Origin: Sphyrna mokarran
Taxonomy: Eukaryota
NCBI GenBank assembly: GCA_024679065.1
Contig: JAGIQG010000004.1
Coordinates: 91,264,001 to 91,328,000 of the forward strand
Direction of reading: 5' to 3'
DNA: 64,000 bases
Shown: piece after piece, positions 39,386 through 53,510 of the stretch
Position numbering within the stretch: the first letter of the stretch is position 1
Layout of the letters: each line of letters starts with the position of its first letter
The notes under the pieces: generated by a model
Told to the model about the DNA's origin: nothing
Database searches by the model: none
Seen by the model: the letters and a program-made list of their open reading frames with translations, nothing else
Translations under genes and position numbers: made by a program

Positions 39386-39597
39386 TTTCTGCTGGTATCA
39401 AATATTAAACTAAGTGGGGTCAGCTACAAAATGGAGCCAACCGATTGGCATTGACAACATAAGGTGTGCCACATGATTCATTAAATCAACTTTCATTGAG
39501 AGTACATTCGTGCATATGGTATGCCTGATATGCACTGGGAGATAAGAGTGCATATGCAACAGTGTCCTCTAGCGGTTAGCAGCCAGCTCCCTGACAT

Positions 39598-39862
39598 GGT
39601 TTAAAGAAGATATACAAGACAGAGTTTTTACACAGAGGTTGGTGGATGCCTGGAACTTGCTGTCAGGGGAGGTAGCGGAAACAGATATGATAGTAACTTT
39701 TTAAGGGCTTCTTGACAAATCCATGAATAGGATGGGAATGGAGGGGATATGGTCCTCAGAAGGATAGAGAGTTTTAGTTAAGTTGGGCAGTGTGGTGGGT
39801 GCAGGCTTGGAGGGCCACAGGGCCTGCTCCTGTGCTGTAATTTTTTTTGTTCTTGTTCTTTG
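39598..39862 (+). mobile_element. CR1-like LINE 3' end
   Basis: tttttacacagagg...gggcctgctcctgtgctgtaattttttttgttcttgttc. Confidence 0.75.
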
Positions 39863-40138
39863 TCCTTCCACTCCATCCATTCCCTCTCATGGTAAGGATC
39901 CCACTTTGCCTCAATATTTTTTCTAAGTGCCATAAAATTGCAGCTGGAAGCTCACCAAAAATGGGTGCAATTCTCTTCCATTTTCATGCTTGTTTGGCAT
40001 GTTTTAGGTAAGATCACGCCTGTGGAATATAAGAAACAAATTGAATGAATGACAGGAATAAATCCAACTTGGAGGGTTTGATATGGTGGCCATAACTGCA
40101 AGAAGATCATGACAGGAGCAAAATCCCCCTACATCATA

Positions 40139-40468
40139 CTCTGCCCTTCTTGCTGATCCCTCTGCACCACACTCTGCCCTTGTCGGTAATCCCCGTGTAC
40201 CACACTCTGTCCTTGTCGGTAATCCCTATGTACCACACTCTGTCCTTGTCGGTAATCCCTATGTACCACACTCTGCCCTTCTTGCTGATCCCTCTGCACC
40301 ACACTCTGCCCTTGTCGGTAATCCCTATGTACCACACTCTGCCCTTCTTGCTGATCCCTCTGCACCACACTCTGCCCTTGTCGGTAATCCCCGTGTACCA
40401 CACTCTGCCCTTCTTGCTGATCCCTCTGCACTACATTCTGCCCTTGTTGCTGACCTTCCTGTAGCACA
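40139..40468. repeat. 33-bp minisatellite, about 10 units of two variants
   Basis: A=ctctgcccttcttgctgatccctctgcaccaca; B=ctctgyccttgtcggtaatcccyrtgtaccaca; order A-B-B-B-A-B-A-B-A-degenerate. Confidence 0.95.
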
Positions 40469-41306
40469 CTCCCCTGTGGCCTCCAACCCACAAAACCTCG
40501 CCCACCATTAGTTACCTCTGGCCTGGCCTATTCTGCAATCCTGGACCTCTGTTGAATCCACTTCCCACAGCTGTCACCACCACCCCATAGTGACATAGTA
40601 GAACTGCTGATTAAAAGAACCGCCATTCTCTGATTGACCTGCAGTTTTTCGTGGCTCGGATATCGCATTCTCAAGCCCTGATCTCGTGGAATGCCTACTG
40701 CTGATGACATGTTAATTACCTGCTTTGTAAGTCAGCTAGCCCAGCCCAAAGGAGGCAGCTGATCCTCTCGCTGATTCTCCAACCAGTATGCAAGTCCCCT
40801 ATTGCTTCTATAAAATTCCTTCCTAAAGATTACTAACTGAATTGTTAAGCTTTAGACAGACATCAATAGCTTTTCACCAACCAAACACATTAAGGGATAA
40901 GGGATGGGTACATTTATTTTACTGGTAGATTAGCCACTGAGTGACATAGCAGACCAGAGGTCTATTCCAATTTCTGTGTTCTTAAGGAATGCGAGTTATA
41001 AATGAAGTATAAATAAGAAAGAAATAATGTGAAAGAAAGTGATCCCTTTCTGTAGGTCTACTTAAAGATAAATATTTGAGAAATCCTGTTCTTATTGTAA
41101 CTGATAGTGGGAATTAAATATTTTCTTATTACCTACTCCGCATTTGCTGAAATGTTGTAACTAAATTAGAGCTGATCTCTTAATGATATCAGTCAATTAT
41201 AAATGAATTGTATAGAGCAGTAGAATTCAACGTGGTGTTAATTGAAATGTTAATGTTGAAACTTTGTCCAAATTTATATTTTCATTCTTGGCGTACTTTT
41301 ATCCAG

Positions 41307-41514
41307 GTCAACCTTTCAAATTGGATCCCAAAACTGCTCACAAGAAGTTGAAGCTGTCCAATGATGGCCTGGCTATGGAACGGGATGAGAATTCCATGAA
41401 GAAGAGCCATACTCCCGAGCGGTTTAGCAGCCAAGGGAGCTACGGAGCTTTGGGGAATGTATTTATCGACAGTGGCTGCCATTACTGGGAGGTGCTACTT
41501 GGAGGATGTACATG
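41307..41514 (+). CDS. MID2: MID2 PRY (B30.2 N-terminal) exon
   Basis: ttttatccag|GTCAA...ACATG|gtacag; 208 nt, phase 1 to 2. (S)[68 protein letters not shown](W); contains the LDPxTAH and HYWEV B30.2 motifs. Confidence 0.96.
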
Positions 41515-43197
41515 GTACAGAGTTTTGAATAATTCACATCAAACACCACTACCAATATCACTTTTAGAAAATTATGGGGAACGTGGATTTTTTATAACCT
41601 CAGCTCCCAATTCTCAGTTGCCTTCTTGAAGTAGCAATTTCTATTATGGTATGTTGAGCAGCTTTCCATTACTTCAACCAAATCTTCACGTTAATCTGAA
41701 CAATAAATGTCAGCAAGCTATTCATCTGCAATACAAAACAGTTAACCATAACCTCATTCAGGTACTGTCAAAGATTTCCCCATGAGCAATGTTCTGACCA
41801 ATCCTAGGACAAGGTCACCTAATTTGTTAACTTGCCAAATGGAATTTCAATTTTGTTATGCTCCCGGGGGAGGAGGAATGAGCTGGCTCCCCTTCTTCAT
41901 TCAACCTCTCAGCTGGTCATAACAAGATTAATTTAAAAAGGATCCCTTTCTCCATTGAATATTTTTCCCTAGGCCAACTGTACATACTGTAAGGCTGGGA
42001 CTTTCCACTCCTGTTCAAGTCGTGAGGGTTTGTTGGCAATTGCACAAGATATCATGAGAAGGTCAAATTGTGTTTCATGTTGGTGTAAAGGCAGGAAATA
42101 ATTGTAGGGAGTTATGGGGAGGTTTGGAAGAAGCAGCGGGGTAGGCAAAGCCTGAAAAATCCGTTCCCCAATCCAAACCCACTAGAAAACCCATGCAGGG
42201 AAAGTTTGGAGTTGAGATGATAGTTTTAAGAAAAAGATTGGGTGCGGGAGAGGGGGCAGGTGGGTGGGTGGGATTGTTGGTAGTATCTATCTTACAGGGG
42301 TCACCTCCCCAATCCACAAAGGACAGCTTCTGAAAATAGAACCCCCACCCCCTTCCTTTCTGCTCTGACCCTGCCAAATGTTTTGTGATGTGGGTTGCAT
42401 ATCAGTTGGCTTAATAATAAGCTAAATTGATCCTTTACCATCTATTAAAATTTGGCAGGTGTGTGCTACCAATTTCAACATTAGTCCATCCCCTGTGCTA
42501 TGGGGGTGAGCTCGGGGTTTGGTGGCAAGGCAGTGGGGTTGGTTCCTGCCTTATTTTACATGTCCACCTGCTAAAATCAAGCCATATGGGGGCATAGGAA
42601 GTGCAGCCCTAAGTGTTGGAAATACAGCAGCTTCATTGAGACAAGCATGCAATAGATGTCCTTACACCCAGGTCCAGGGGCCTGCCTGAGGCATCTCCAG
42701 TTAGGCACGCTCACAACCCAGCACCGAACCACCTTCTTTTGAAAGATTCCACAATAAGAGCTGTAAAATCCCATTCCCAACAGCACCATCAGGCTTTCAA
42801 TTTTCCCCTCAACACCACTCCTAACACCCCAATCTCCCAACCCAGGCCTGCAGTCTTCATCACAATATGGAACTTTATGACCAGGTAGCTAAGTATGTCC
42901 CGTATTCTACTGTTACCATTGAGCCAGTGAATGAATCCCAGTTAATGAGAAATGTCGGAAATCATGCAGAGCCAGTCATACCTAAATGAGGTGCCAACCT
43001 GGTGAAACTATAACACAGGATTACACGCATGTCTAACAATGGAAGTAGTCCAGGAAAGATAGAAGCAAGCAATCCTGGAACCAACAGGTCAGATCAAAAT
43101 CCTGCCAGTCTCTAGCTAGAAATATTGAAATTCTTGCAGTTTGAAAGTGAATTGTTAGGAAGGCTTACATGACTTTTTGTTCTGTTTCTTTCTCCAG

Positions 43198-43603
43198 GTA
43201 TTCCATTGGCATCTCATATAAATCAGCCCCGAAAAATGAATGGAATGGAAAGAATTCATCTTCTTGGGTCTTCTCTCGCTGCAACAACAACTTTGCTGTC
43301 AGACATAGTGGCAAAGAGATGTCAGTGGATGCTAGCCATCAGCTGCGGAGACTTGGTGTCCTCCTCGACTACGATGGTAACACGCTGTCATTCTATGACG
43401 CCATGAACACGCATCACCTGCACACGTTTGACATTTCTTTTGCTCTACCTGTGTGCCCCACGTTCACAATCTGGAACAAATCATTAATGATCCTGTCAGG
43501 GCTGCCTGTCCCAGACACATTAGACTGCTTGGAGCAGCAGCAGGAATGCATTTGTAGACCCCAGGAATCTCCTTACACGTCAGGGATAAAAGCCACTCAA
43601 TAA
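43198..43603 (+). CDS. MID2: MID2 terminal SPRY exon with stop codon
   Basis: tttctttctccag|GTAT; (W)[28 protein letters not shown]...LGVLLDYD...FYD...[20 protein letters not shown]...[20 protein letters not shown]. The [10 protein letters not shown] tail is MID2-type rather than MID1-type. Confidence 0.96.
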
Positions 43604-45128
43604 GGGCCTGACTGAAATGGAGTCCTGGCACATCCACTGTTGCCCTACACCCTAAATATTGCATTTCTCCAGGCAGGGCTAGACTATGCATTGTGCCTCC
43701 TCAAGATAGCACAAGAGCCGCCTTACACAGAATGACTACTATTGTATTGAATTTATAAATTATTTATGATAAATATGTTCACAGATTATGATTGGAGAGA
43801 GATTGTATTCCAAATGCACTTTCAAGACATGCTTTTAGATTGTGGAAAGCTGTTTTTAATATGTCAAAGCTGGAAGAAGATGTATTAAGTAGACCTGAAG
43901 ATGTTGCTTCTTCAATTTCTAGAAACCCGTGTATTGTATACTAGACACACCTAATAACTAGAGTCTGAAACATAGTGTTGCTCTCATTTGCTGAGAAAAT
44001 CATCTGCACCATCAAGAAGAGAGCTTCTCACAGTGAAAGAAGAATGATTCCACCCTTCATGTGTCACTCGACAATAGAGCAGTCACTATGAAGGGATAAT
44101 TAGCAGTTGCTGTAAAAACGACAGACAAGGTGTGCAGAGAATAGAGACAGTAAGCATGTTTAGACAGTGCCTCAAAGCAGAACTTAATTCCATCGAGAAA
44201 TTTGTCCTGATATATTCATGGATTCATTATATTGTCATCTTTGTTGGTATTGTTTGTGAATGAAGATAATTCCATTCAAGGATGTATATAAGAAACATGC
44301 TGTTGATATATGGAACTTTAATTGGTCTGTGTAATGTTAAAATGTTAAAAATGGTATAAATATTTAATGACAAACTGGTTGGCTGTTCTTTACCCAATTT
44401 GAAAAGAGGGATTATTTTCCTAGCTATTATTTTTTGGAAGAGAAGACATTGCAACTAAGATTTAATTCTAGTTTAAAATGTAAAGTAATGTATTAAAGAG
44501 TGGATCTGCAAAATTTGGATACTTGTGGGGCAAAATCAATGCTCGTCTGGCATCCAAGGAACACAGACAGCTTCCCCCATTGATAAAATCCTCTCCCTCT
44601 CTCGCTCAACTACACGCACATCACAAGAAAGACATGGATATTCACATCCACATCATCAGGGGTCCAAACATAGGCACCCGTGCTTGTAGATTAGAACTAA
44701 CATCTGGGGAAGACAAAATGCATCCTCCCAGTTAGATAGCTATGAAAGCCGAGTACATGCTGTACCATTAAACCACCAGGGATAATATCATAAATACATG
44801 AGCCTGTACTCTCCATCTGCAAGATCACTAGCGGGGGCTCAAGATCTGGCAAAACTTGGAAATCACAAACCTCGCCTGCAACATCATGATCTCTGATTTT
44901 CATCCCCACCCCTCTCATAATCTGGTTCACATCTATAATGGGTAAGAACCTGATTTGAATACATTTTAATCTTATTAAAGACCACCTCACTAGACATCCC
45001 ACCTCATCAGAATCCGCAGACATGAATCTGTCATGGTGATACCTATCCGGGACGCAAGGTGGGGAGATAGATATCGCCAGGTAATTAACCCTGGCAATCT
45101 GTCCACAGTAACCTAAGTAAGGAATAAA
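43604..45128 (+). promoter_or_regulatory. MID2 3' UTR with AU-rich motifs and candidate polyadenylation signals
   Basis: Mostly repeat-poor sequence after the stop; ATTTA motifs near 43751-43770; ATTAAA at 44492-44497 and AATAAA at 45123-45128. The true 3' end cannot be fixed from sequence. Confidence 0.45.
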
Positions 45129-46291
45129 ATCACCATCTCTATATTTGAAGTCACATTTAATTAAAAACCTGAAAACAGCTTTTTAACTAGAAAAGCTGTA
45201 AGAAACTAGAAAACAGTAAGAATTTGTAAAATAAATTAGGTTGATCCACACACTGGATCAGACAGCAGGTTTTAACATCAGGTAACTGCTTTTAATTCCA
45301 GCTCACAATCATAGGAAATTGGTGAACATGTTTGTGTGTGTCTGAAATGGATTTAGATAATAGACAGAGACCACAGAATGATACCTCACAAAATTGGCAA
45401 TTTCACTTAAAGAGAACAAAGGTGTCTATCATAGTAATGAAATAAACACATTGTCAGAGTGGAATAAAAAATATTATTTGTATCTAACTAAATCTGTACC
45501 AGATCTATAAGTGTTCTGATATTACCATTGGATACTCACAACGGGAGAATGCTCGGTATTAAGATCCTTGATCCTCATAATATGGTTTGTAAATTACATT
45601 TCTCATAAATCATTCTTTTACTGCCAAAATCTCTAACATTGCCACAATATAAATCATTTTGTTAATTTGCACACGTCTAAGATTCCCTTTGTAAACAATC
45701 TTTCCTTTATGAAGATATTTCAAACTCATTGCTGCTGACTTAGATTTGTTCAACCACTATGACAGCATAATGTTGAAAGTTTTAATTGAACTAATCTTCT
45801 GGATAAGGGAGATTATTTTCATCTGGAGAATAACATGTCGTTACTACAAGCTCTATGGTTTAGGTGCTTGAGGTGGAAAGTGAAACAAATTGGTGAAAAT
45901 TTTTTTATTTATCTTTGAGAAATGGGCAATACTGCATTTATGCCCAGCTTTAGATGGCCAAGAAAGGTAACAATAGGCCTCCTTCTTAACTGAATGCATC
46001 CTCATGCTCATCCTACTCCCACCATAATGGAAAACTCCAGCAATGAAGGAACAGCAGTACATATCCAAGACAAAACGATATTTAATGTAAAGAAACCTGG
46101 AGATGATATTCTCATCATCATGCTACACCTGCTCTACTCAGTGAGGGTAAGAAGGCTGTGGGTTATTACTGAAGGAAACTCGGTGAGTTGCTGCAGTCGC
46201 TGCTGTAAATTCTGCAGGGTTGGATTATATGGGAGTCCCATTTCCAGCAGACAAGTTTTACATTTACCTCACTTAAGTATTAACTGACAAA

Positions 46292-46615
46292 GTTAGAATC
46301 ATGGAATCCTACAAGACAGAAGGAGGCCATTTAGATCACTGAGTCTGTACCAACCATAATCCCACCCAGGTCCTTTTCTCTTAACCCCACATGTTTACTC
46401 TGCCAGTCCCCTTACACTAGGGCCAATTTAGCATGGTCAATCAACATAACCCACACATCTTTGGGGTGTGGGAGGAAATCAGAGCACCTGGAGGAAACCC
46501 ACACAGACACGGAGAATGTGCAAGCTCCACGTGGACAATGACCCAAGCTGGAATTGAACCTTGGTCCCTGGCACTGTGAGGCAGCAATGCTAACCACTAT
46601 ACCACCATGCTGGCC
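46292..46615 (-). mobile_element. HE1-like SINE
   Basis: Reverse-complement SINE with gaaggaggccatt tail and ggaattgaacc B box. Confidence 0.88.
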
Positions 46616-47354
46616 TTGGTGGGAGTGTACTAAAGGAAAAGTAAACTTATCAATAAGCAAGCATTTAGGATACTTAATCACTCTCTAATCACTATTAAGC
46701 TGTACTGCCATCAGTAATATATTTTGAAATGCATTAGCTCAGGCATGATTATGCTATTGGATGGTGATCTCCAAAAAAAAGGCGATTAAAGTGTAAACCT
46801 GCTCATCCAGAGTTTGCAATCTTAAAACTGCTTGCCTTCAGTAATACTCATTACAAATTAGATGTCCCTTGATTCACAATCATCAGTTTAAATGTGGTAT
46901 TCCAATCCAAGTTGTGGCATTTTATAACAAGAAACAACTTTTCATGCAGGTTCCAATTATATCCAACTTTATTTGGTCTTGAAGGCTTCCTGTATTTTTC
47001 AATCAGAGAAGTTGCGGGATAGGCCGGAGGTTATTCAAAGCAATCAGGTCAATTTAAATGTAGGACTCGAGACTATCAAAGTTAGTCAGATCAGTGGGAG
47101 AATAGGACTAAAACCTGCCTGAAACAATCAGATTGATTTGGAATTTGTCTGCCGGTCATCAGAAGTACTTTGACTAGCCAAAGGACAGTCAACTGGGGCC
47201 TGTCAGAAAGTTTTAAAATGAAGCCAATGTTCTCGCCAAGCTACAATTAGCTTTACTGTGCAACCCTAAAGTAATTGTCCGTAACAGGTCGGCTACTAAG
47301 CTACAGTTTTTTAAAAATTTTCCTTGAAATGTTATCTGTATGAAGGTGTGTGAA

Positions 47355-47705
47355 GGGGATTTTATTGAAATTTACAGGATATTGTGAGCCTGAATAGATT
47401 GGACGTGGAGAGGATGTTTCCACTAGTAAGAGAAACTAAGACCAGAGGGCACAATCTCAGACTAAAATCCTTTAAAACAGAGATGAGGAGGAATTTTTTC
47501 AGTCAGAAAGTAGTGAATCTGTTGAACTCTTGGCTGCAGAAGGCTGTAAAGGCCAAGTCATTAAGGTGGAGATAGATTCTTGAGTAATAAAGGGATCAAA
47601 GGTTATGGGGAAAAAGCAGGAGAATGGAGACGATAAAAATATCAGCCATGATTATGTGACAGGGCAGAGTCGATGGGGCAAGTGGTCTAAATCTGTCTTA
47701 TGATA
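47355..47705 (+). mobile_element. CR1-like LINE 3' fragment
   Basis: RMFPLVRETKTRGHNLRL..FKTEMRRNFFSQKVVNL; 3' UTR atcagccatga. Confidence 0.8.
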
Positions 47706-49449
47706 TTTGTTCCCACTTTTCTTAGTAATTAGTTCAAGATAACGAGGCTGTAATTGCTACAAATATATTGCTTTCACAGAAGTTGTTAACTTATCAGAGT
47801 TAGGAAATAAAATGGGTGGCAGTATTGGAGTGGTCATATCTTTACCTATAGTTGAAAAGTTACAAATTTCCACGCTTGGGGTTTTACTGTGTATTATTGT
47901 GAGCTCAGTCAATACCTGCGATTGGACTATGGCATCAAAAGATTGCTTTCTATTTGTTTATATATTATCATGGTGAGGATTTTTCTTTGTCAAACCACAT
48001 TCTCCAACCATCAAAAGAACAGGGAAGGGAACCCATTATGTCTGTATGTGAGTGTGTGTTCAATAAATTGTAAGCTTAAATGGAGGCTGCAAATTGGATT
48101 CACTCAACTGCAGAAAATCCAGATCACCATGCTTGTTTCTAAAAGCCATATTTTCATGCACATTTGTTTGTTAATAGATTTCAAGATTTAAAAGACAAAA
48201 TCTTTGAAATTCACAGTAGGTTAATGATCAGCATCTAATAGGCAAATATGCAAACTATGGTGGGATTTTCTGGCCACACTCACCCTACGACCAAAAAAAG
48301 AATCCCCCAAGGTCAACAGACCTTTGTCTGTCAGTGTCCCACTCGCTATGATTCCCGTGGTGAATGGGACAAGAAAATTCTACCCCCATGGCTGTGACAT
48401 TTCACCAAACTCAAAGATTTGCATTACTGAAGGAGGCAAATGAAATTCATGGGGGTTAATTAAAAACTTGCAAACTTACTCTTCCATCATAGTGCCCCAC
48501 CTCCACAATCTTTTCTCTGAGACAGTTCAGGTTATTGGGAGAAATGATTCATCACATCAGTGCTGAACCAGTCTTTTCCAATTTGCAACTGGAAATAAGA
48601 TTTGAGTTTGATTTGATTTGATTTACTATTGTCACATGTATTAACATACAGTGAAAAGCATTGTTTGTTGCGTGCTGTACAGCCAAAACATATCATTCAT
48701 AGAGAAGGAAAGGAGCAGGTGCAGAATGTAGAGTTATAGTCATAGCTAGGGTGTAGAGAAAGATCAATGTAATGCAAGGTAAGTCCATTCAAAAGTCTGA
48801 CAACAGAAGGGAAGAAGTTCTTCTTGAGTTGGTTGGTACCGATTTCTTATCATTTCCTGACAGAAGAAAGATGTGAGGTCCTTAATTATGCTGGCTGCTT
48901 TGCTGCTTCTTCCAAATTCCTCATTAGTTTCATTAGGCATTGCTTATAATTGCTAATTCTGACTCTCTCACAAGCAGAGACATGTTATCTTATGTTTACA
49001 TAAAAAACTCTTATTTACACAAAGTTTCACAACTTGGGAGACATTTCTATTTTGTTAAAACTTCCAGTAAACCAATAGTAATTCTTTGAGGGGAAAGGAA
49101 GTAGCAAGAAATGAACTGAAGACTGAGGTTTTGAATAGGTTTTCAGAAAACAGCCACTTAGCAATTGGGTTGCTTGTGCTTCATCTTCTAGATCACAAAT
49201 AGTAGAATAAAGCAGCTCCTATCATGAACTTAAGTCAAATCTTTTTTCTATCTGCAGAAGTTCTATCAACTCATTACCTGGTAACAAGGTTAGAGACAAT
49301 CTTTCCTAAGTTGCACAGTTATTATTGCAATTTTAATAATATGTTTGGAGGGAAACAAGAACTGGGCATGTGAAACATTTCCTTTCTATTTACTCATCTT
49401 TATTTCATTACTTATCCTTTTTTTATTGCTTGCAAGGAATTTGAATCAT

Positions 49450-50616
49450 TGGGCCTTATTTCACCATTTTGATTCTAAGTGCAAGACGGATTTGAAACTG
49501 GGAGTGTTTCAGATCTGACTTTCAGATCTGTTCACAGGTGCCCCCAGTGTCCCCACATGCACTCTGTCTAAAAAACAATCGACGATTCTGAACTGCATTG
49601 CAGAAGCCTGTAGGTAGGGCTTAACATGCCGGAAATCCTGCAACTCCAATTGGCGCCTCTAACTGTGCACGTGCAGAAAAAAATGATAGCATGCAGCTCC
49701 CTTGCCACATTGTTTCCAGGCTGGATAATGCCTCTCCCTGGCCCCCACAAACATTGCTCCACCCCCATAACAGTACTGACCCCCTGATCCCGTCAGGCCC
49801 ACTGCTACCTAGACTGATTGCAGGTTAGGTGCCTCCCCTCTTCCCACTTACTGATCTTAGGCTGAGTGGCAGCAACACCGCCCCCCCCCCCCCCCCCCCC
49901 CCGCCCCTCCACCTCACTGATCACAGGCAGAGTGACACCGGACCCCCTCCCCCCCCCCCCCACCCACCCACTCACCCACCCATTCCCCCCTACTGATCTC
50001 AAGCAGAAAGCTGTTGGATCCATCTTCCACCCCCACTACATTCCCCCTCCCTCCAACTCCACTGATTTCGAGTAGAGAGCCATCATCAAGCACTCAGCAT
50101 TAACTTTCTCAACTAAATCATAGAATCTTATTGTGCAGTTGGAGGCCATTCGCACCATCACTCTGCATCGACCACAATTTCACCCAAGTCCTATCCCCAT
50201 AACCCCATGCATTTGTCCTAGCTAGTTCCCCTGACACTAAAGAGCAATTTTACCATTGCCAATCCACCTAACGTGCACATCTTTAGACTGTGGGAAGAAC
50301 TGGAGCACCCAGAGGAAAATCACGCAGACACGGGGAAATGTGCAAATTTTGCGTCGATCCTGCATGGGCGAACATGGTGGTAAAAGGGGAAGTGCCAGTA
50401 CGGTTGGATGTGCAGCTCATTAAGTCAGTTTAAATGTGTGCAAATGCATTTAAATTGTCATTGTGCCTGTTACAGGTGCTTGTCCAATTGCAGACATTTT
50501 TGGGCCTTGGTAAAGAGGGAACAAGTGGGCACAGATCACACTACTGACCTCATGCCCAACTTTACCAAGTTTTCATGCACGAAAATGGGCGCAATTTGAT
50601 GGTAAAGTTGGACCCA
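49450..50616. mobile_element. TIR-bounded non-autonomous element with poly-C interior and a nested HE1-like SINE (50117-50346, minus)
   Basis: Ends gggccttatttcacca / tggtaaagttggaccc; an inverted homolog lies at 56370-57208. Confidence 0.7.
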
Positions 50617-52154
50617 GTGTCATGCAAAGAGCATAGTTTACTCATAACAGTGAAATCCATCAAGTGCAAGTATAAATGTCAACTTTGTTCCCTTAGAACT
50701 GTTTGGGTGCATTCTGCCTCTTTAAATGTGAAATTTAGGATGAGATTTAACTCATAGTTAAAAATCAGGCCCCTAATCAATAACAGGAGACACTCAAAGA
50801 TAACATACTTTACAAGATTTGAAACTCCACTAGTGAACTCATGAAGAACAATTTATGATTTTTCTTTTAAGTTTAGGAATTTCTGCCCAGCTCACATACA
50901 AGCCTGGTTCCTCCAAGTTACTACTGATTGGAAAACATCATCCCTCAGTGGAAAATTATGAATGCAAAGCCAATTATTTGCTGTCTGTTGGAATGAAAGA
51001 ATGGAAAGCTACACAGCTGTTCATGCTTTACTCATTCGTACAACTCACAAGAGTTTTCTGGCACCACCCATTACCAGAATCATCCAGTCCCACCAAAAGT
51101 CGATTAACTTTTGGCTAGCTTACTGCAGGTCATGCAGCAGATCTTGACATGGAGCTGGAAATCCAGGCAATTAGCTGCAGGTGGTGTGAAGTCAAAACTT
51201 GGAAAATTAATTTTCCTACTTTGGACTGTCAAAATGAGTTACTGGTCATTACATTTCTCCTGGTGAAATTGAATTGAACAGGTTAAAGACCAGAACCAAA
51301 CCAGAAGCTCAGAAAACTGCACTCTTTCTCCCTCTTTCCCTCCGCACCAACCCCCCTCTCACTCCCACCCACCCACCCCTCACTCTCACCACCACCACTC
51401 CCTTACTCTGTTCTTGGTTGCATTTCGGATTTGCCAAAACATGGCAACCAGTGTTTCCTTCACTGAGAAAGCACGACTATAGCCCTGGAACGCCATCTGT
51501 GGGATTTGTGATTAGAAAGACAACAGATTGTTCAAGCTGACAGTGACTAATTTGTCCCATTCTGTATTTTTATCAGCATGAATGCAGTTTGTAATTTCAA
51601 TAACATTTCTAATTGGCAATGTGATTAAAAGGTCCCAGCTGTTTATAATGCATACTATATAGAGGTTGGAAATTGCAGTACATTTTTAATTAAACGGATG
51701 GTTAAAAAAAAACATTGGATTACCATTGCATTTTGACTACTGATGCTTGGAGAACAAGCAACTGAATATTATAAAAGAACGAATGAAGCACTGATTTATT
51801 GGAGATAATTAGTATTAAATACTTGTTAATATTGCATGACTTGAGTCAACTGTATTAGAAAAATCACAGAATTACATCAAGGAATGCTAACAAGTAGATT
51901 CTTAAAATGTATGGAAAAATGTTCTCTCCACTATTTGAACAGAGAAATGATTTAAGGGATAGACAACTATAGCTGTGAAGATAGATTGGAGAGGTAGGGT
52001 CTATTTTCCTTGAAGAAAAGATGGAGAAGAGGCTTGATGGAGGCATTCAAGATCCTGAAGAGTATGAGCAGGATAAATTGTGAGTAACTGTTCCTTTAAG
52101 AACTGGAGAACTAGATTCAAAATAATGGGCAAAAGGAGTCGGAATGATGAGGCA

Positions 52155-53180
52155 GCCGCGATTCTCCCAAAAACACTGAATTGATAGGAAAATGGTTCAA
52201 GATCCCACCTGGTTTCTCAGTTCAACTTTTCACCTGAATTTCCCCACTCTGTAACCACAGAGGTCCCAATCGTGAATCTTATTAAAAACCCAAAGGGGCC
52301 GGGCCAGAGTTTGACAGTTCTGGATTTCTGTACATGTGCATTGGCCCCTATCTGTTGGCCAGCTGGATTGCTGGGCAGCCTGGGACTTCCACAATGCTGC
52401 TTCTCCAGCTCCCCACTCCCCCATTACAGCTCCCATAATAATTCCTGGGCCAGCCCTGACACTCCCCTGATGTCCCGCCCACCCTCCAGCAGTGGCCATT
52501 CCTCCTTACCTGGGCAGAACCTCCCCCCTACCACTGACACTCCTGGAGTCAGACTCCCCTGGGAGGCAGCCCCACCCTGCCCAGCAGACCAACCTCCCTC
52601 ACCCCCCCACCTGCCTCAGTCACTGCCCTTCCTCCATCCAGACCGATCCCAGTGCAGAGTGGCAGCAACATACCAATCACCTCTCAACCCCACCCATGAT
52701 AGACCATGCCCCCCTTGGCACTGCCTGATGTCCAGTGGGCAATACCAAGGTGTTGGGCATGGGCACAGGCTGGCACTGCAAAGGTGCCCATATGTAGGAG
52801 GCACCATTTCCCCTACTGTCCAATCCCCTGGGGGGGTCTCAATTGACCTCTCCTTCATTCCGGCAGGGTCTCCCACTAGTTACTACGAGACAGCTACTCT
52901 AAACCCTGCCAGAATTAAGTACTGTTGGCTGGTGAGAGATGCTATTGGGACTAAGTTCTCAATAATTACATTCAAAAGACATTTAAAATCTATTAAAAAC
53001 AGATTCAAATTACTTACCTGACTTCTCACCAGTTTCTAGTCTGGTCTGGCCAGCAACCTATTTTGTCGGCTCTGGGAGATGTGCATCCTTTCCCGGCACA
53101 TGCTGGAACAAGGCCAGCAACCCACATCTCCCACCCCAACCCACCAGAAAAGTTGCAGGTCGGGATGGGAGAATCACGGC
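52155..53180. mobile_element. GC-rich MITE with 15-bp TIRs, inserted in a decayed LINE 3' fragment
   Basis: gccgcgattctccca (52155-52169) / tgggagaatcacggc (53166-53180), one mismatch; LINE-like sequence continues on both sides. Confidence 0.75.
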
Positions 53181-53246
53181 CAACATTTCTTCACCCAACA
53201 GATGTGAAGGGTGATGGAGGCAAGTTCTATTCAAAAAGAAGTTCAA

Positions 53247-53510
53247 AGTGGTTGGCATTGCTGCCTCACAGCGCTGGAAACCTGGGTTCAATTCCTGGCT
53301 TGAGTCATTGTCCGTAAATTATCCCTGCGACTGCGCAGATTTGCTCCCACAGTCCAAAAGATTTGATGGTTCGGTGCATTGGCCACACTAAATTCTCCCT
53401 TAATATATCCAAACACATGCTAGTGTGTGGTGATTGGTGATTTTCACAGTAACTTCATTGCAGTGTTCATATAAGCCTATTTGTGACTAATAAATAACCT
53501 TTAAACTTAA
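53247..53510 (+). mobile_element. HE1-like SINE (tail variant as at 9140)
   Basis: gtggttggcattgctgcctcacagcg...gggttcaattcc...ttttcacagtaacttcattgcagtg. Confidence 0.8.

Noticed and set aside
40139-40468. CRISPR-like repeat/spacer array or a Q-rich protein
   Set aside because: Units are contiguous and homologous to one another with no unique spacers, there are no cas genes and the context is a vertebrate intron. The ORFs arise from the 33-bp period.
46911-47286. Possible solo LTR (minus strand starts TGTTAC)
   Set aside because: No clean CA terminus or TSD could be identified.
52272-53021. Long Pro/Gly-rich ORFs (also 24346-24927, 4276-4694, 11445-11846)
   Set aside because: They lie within GC-rich MITE-like repeats where stop codons are rare, have no domain motifs, and frames are not conserved between copies.
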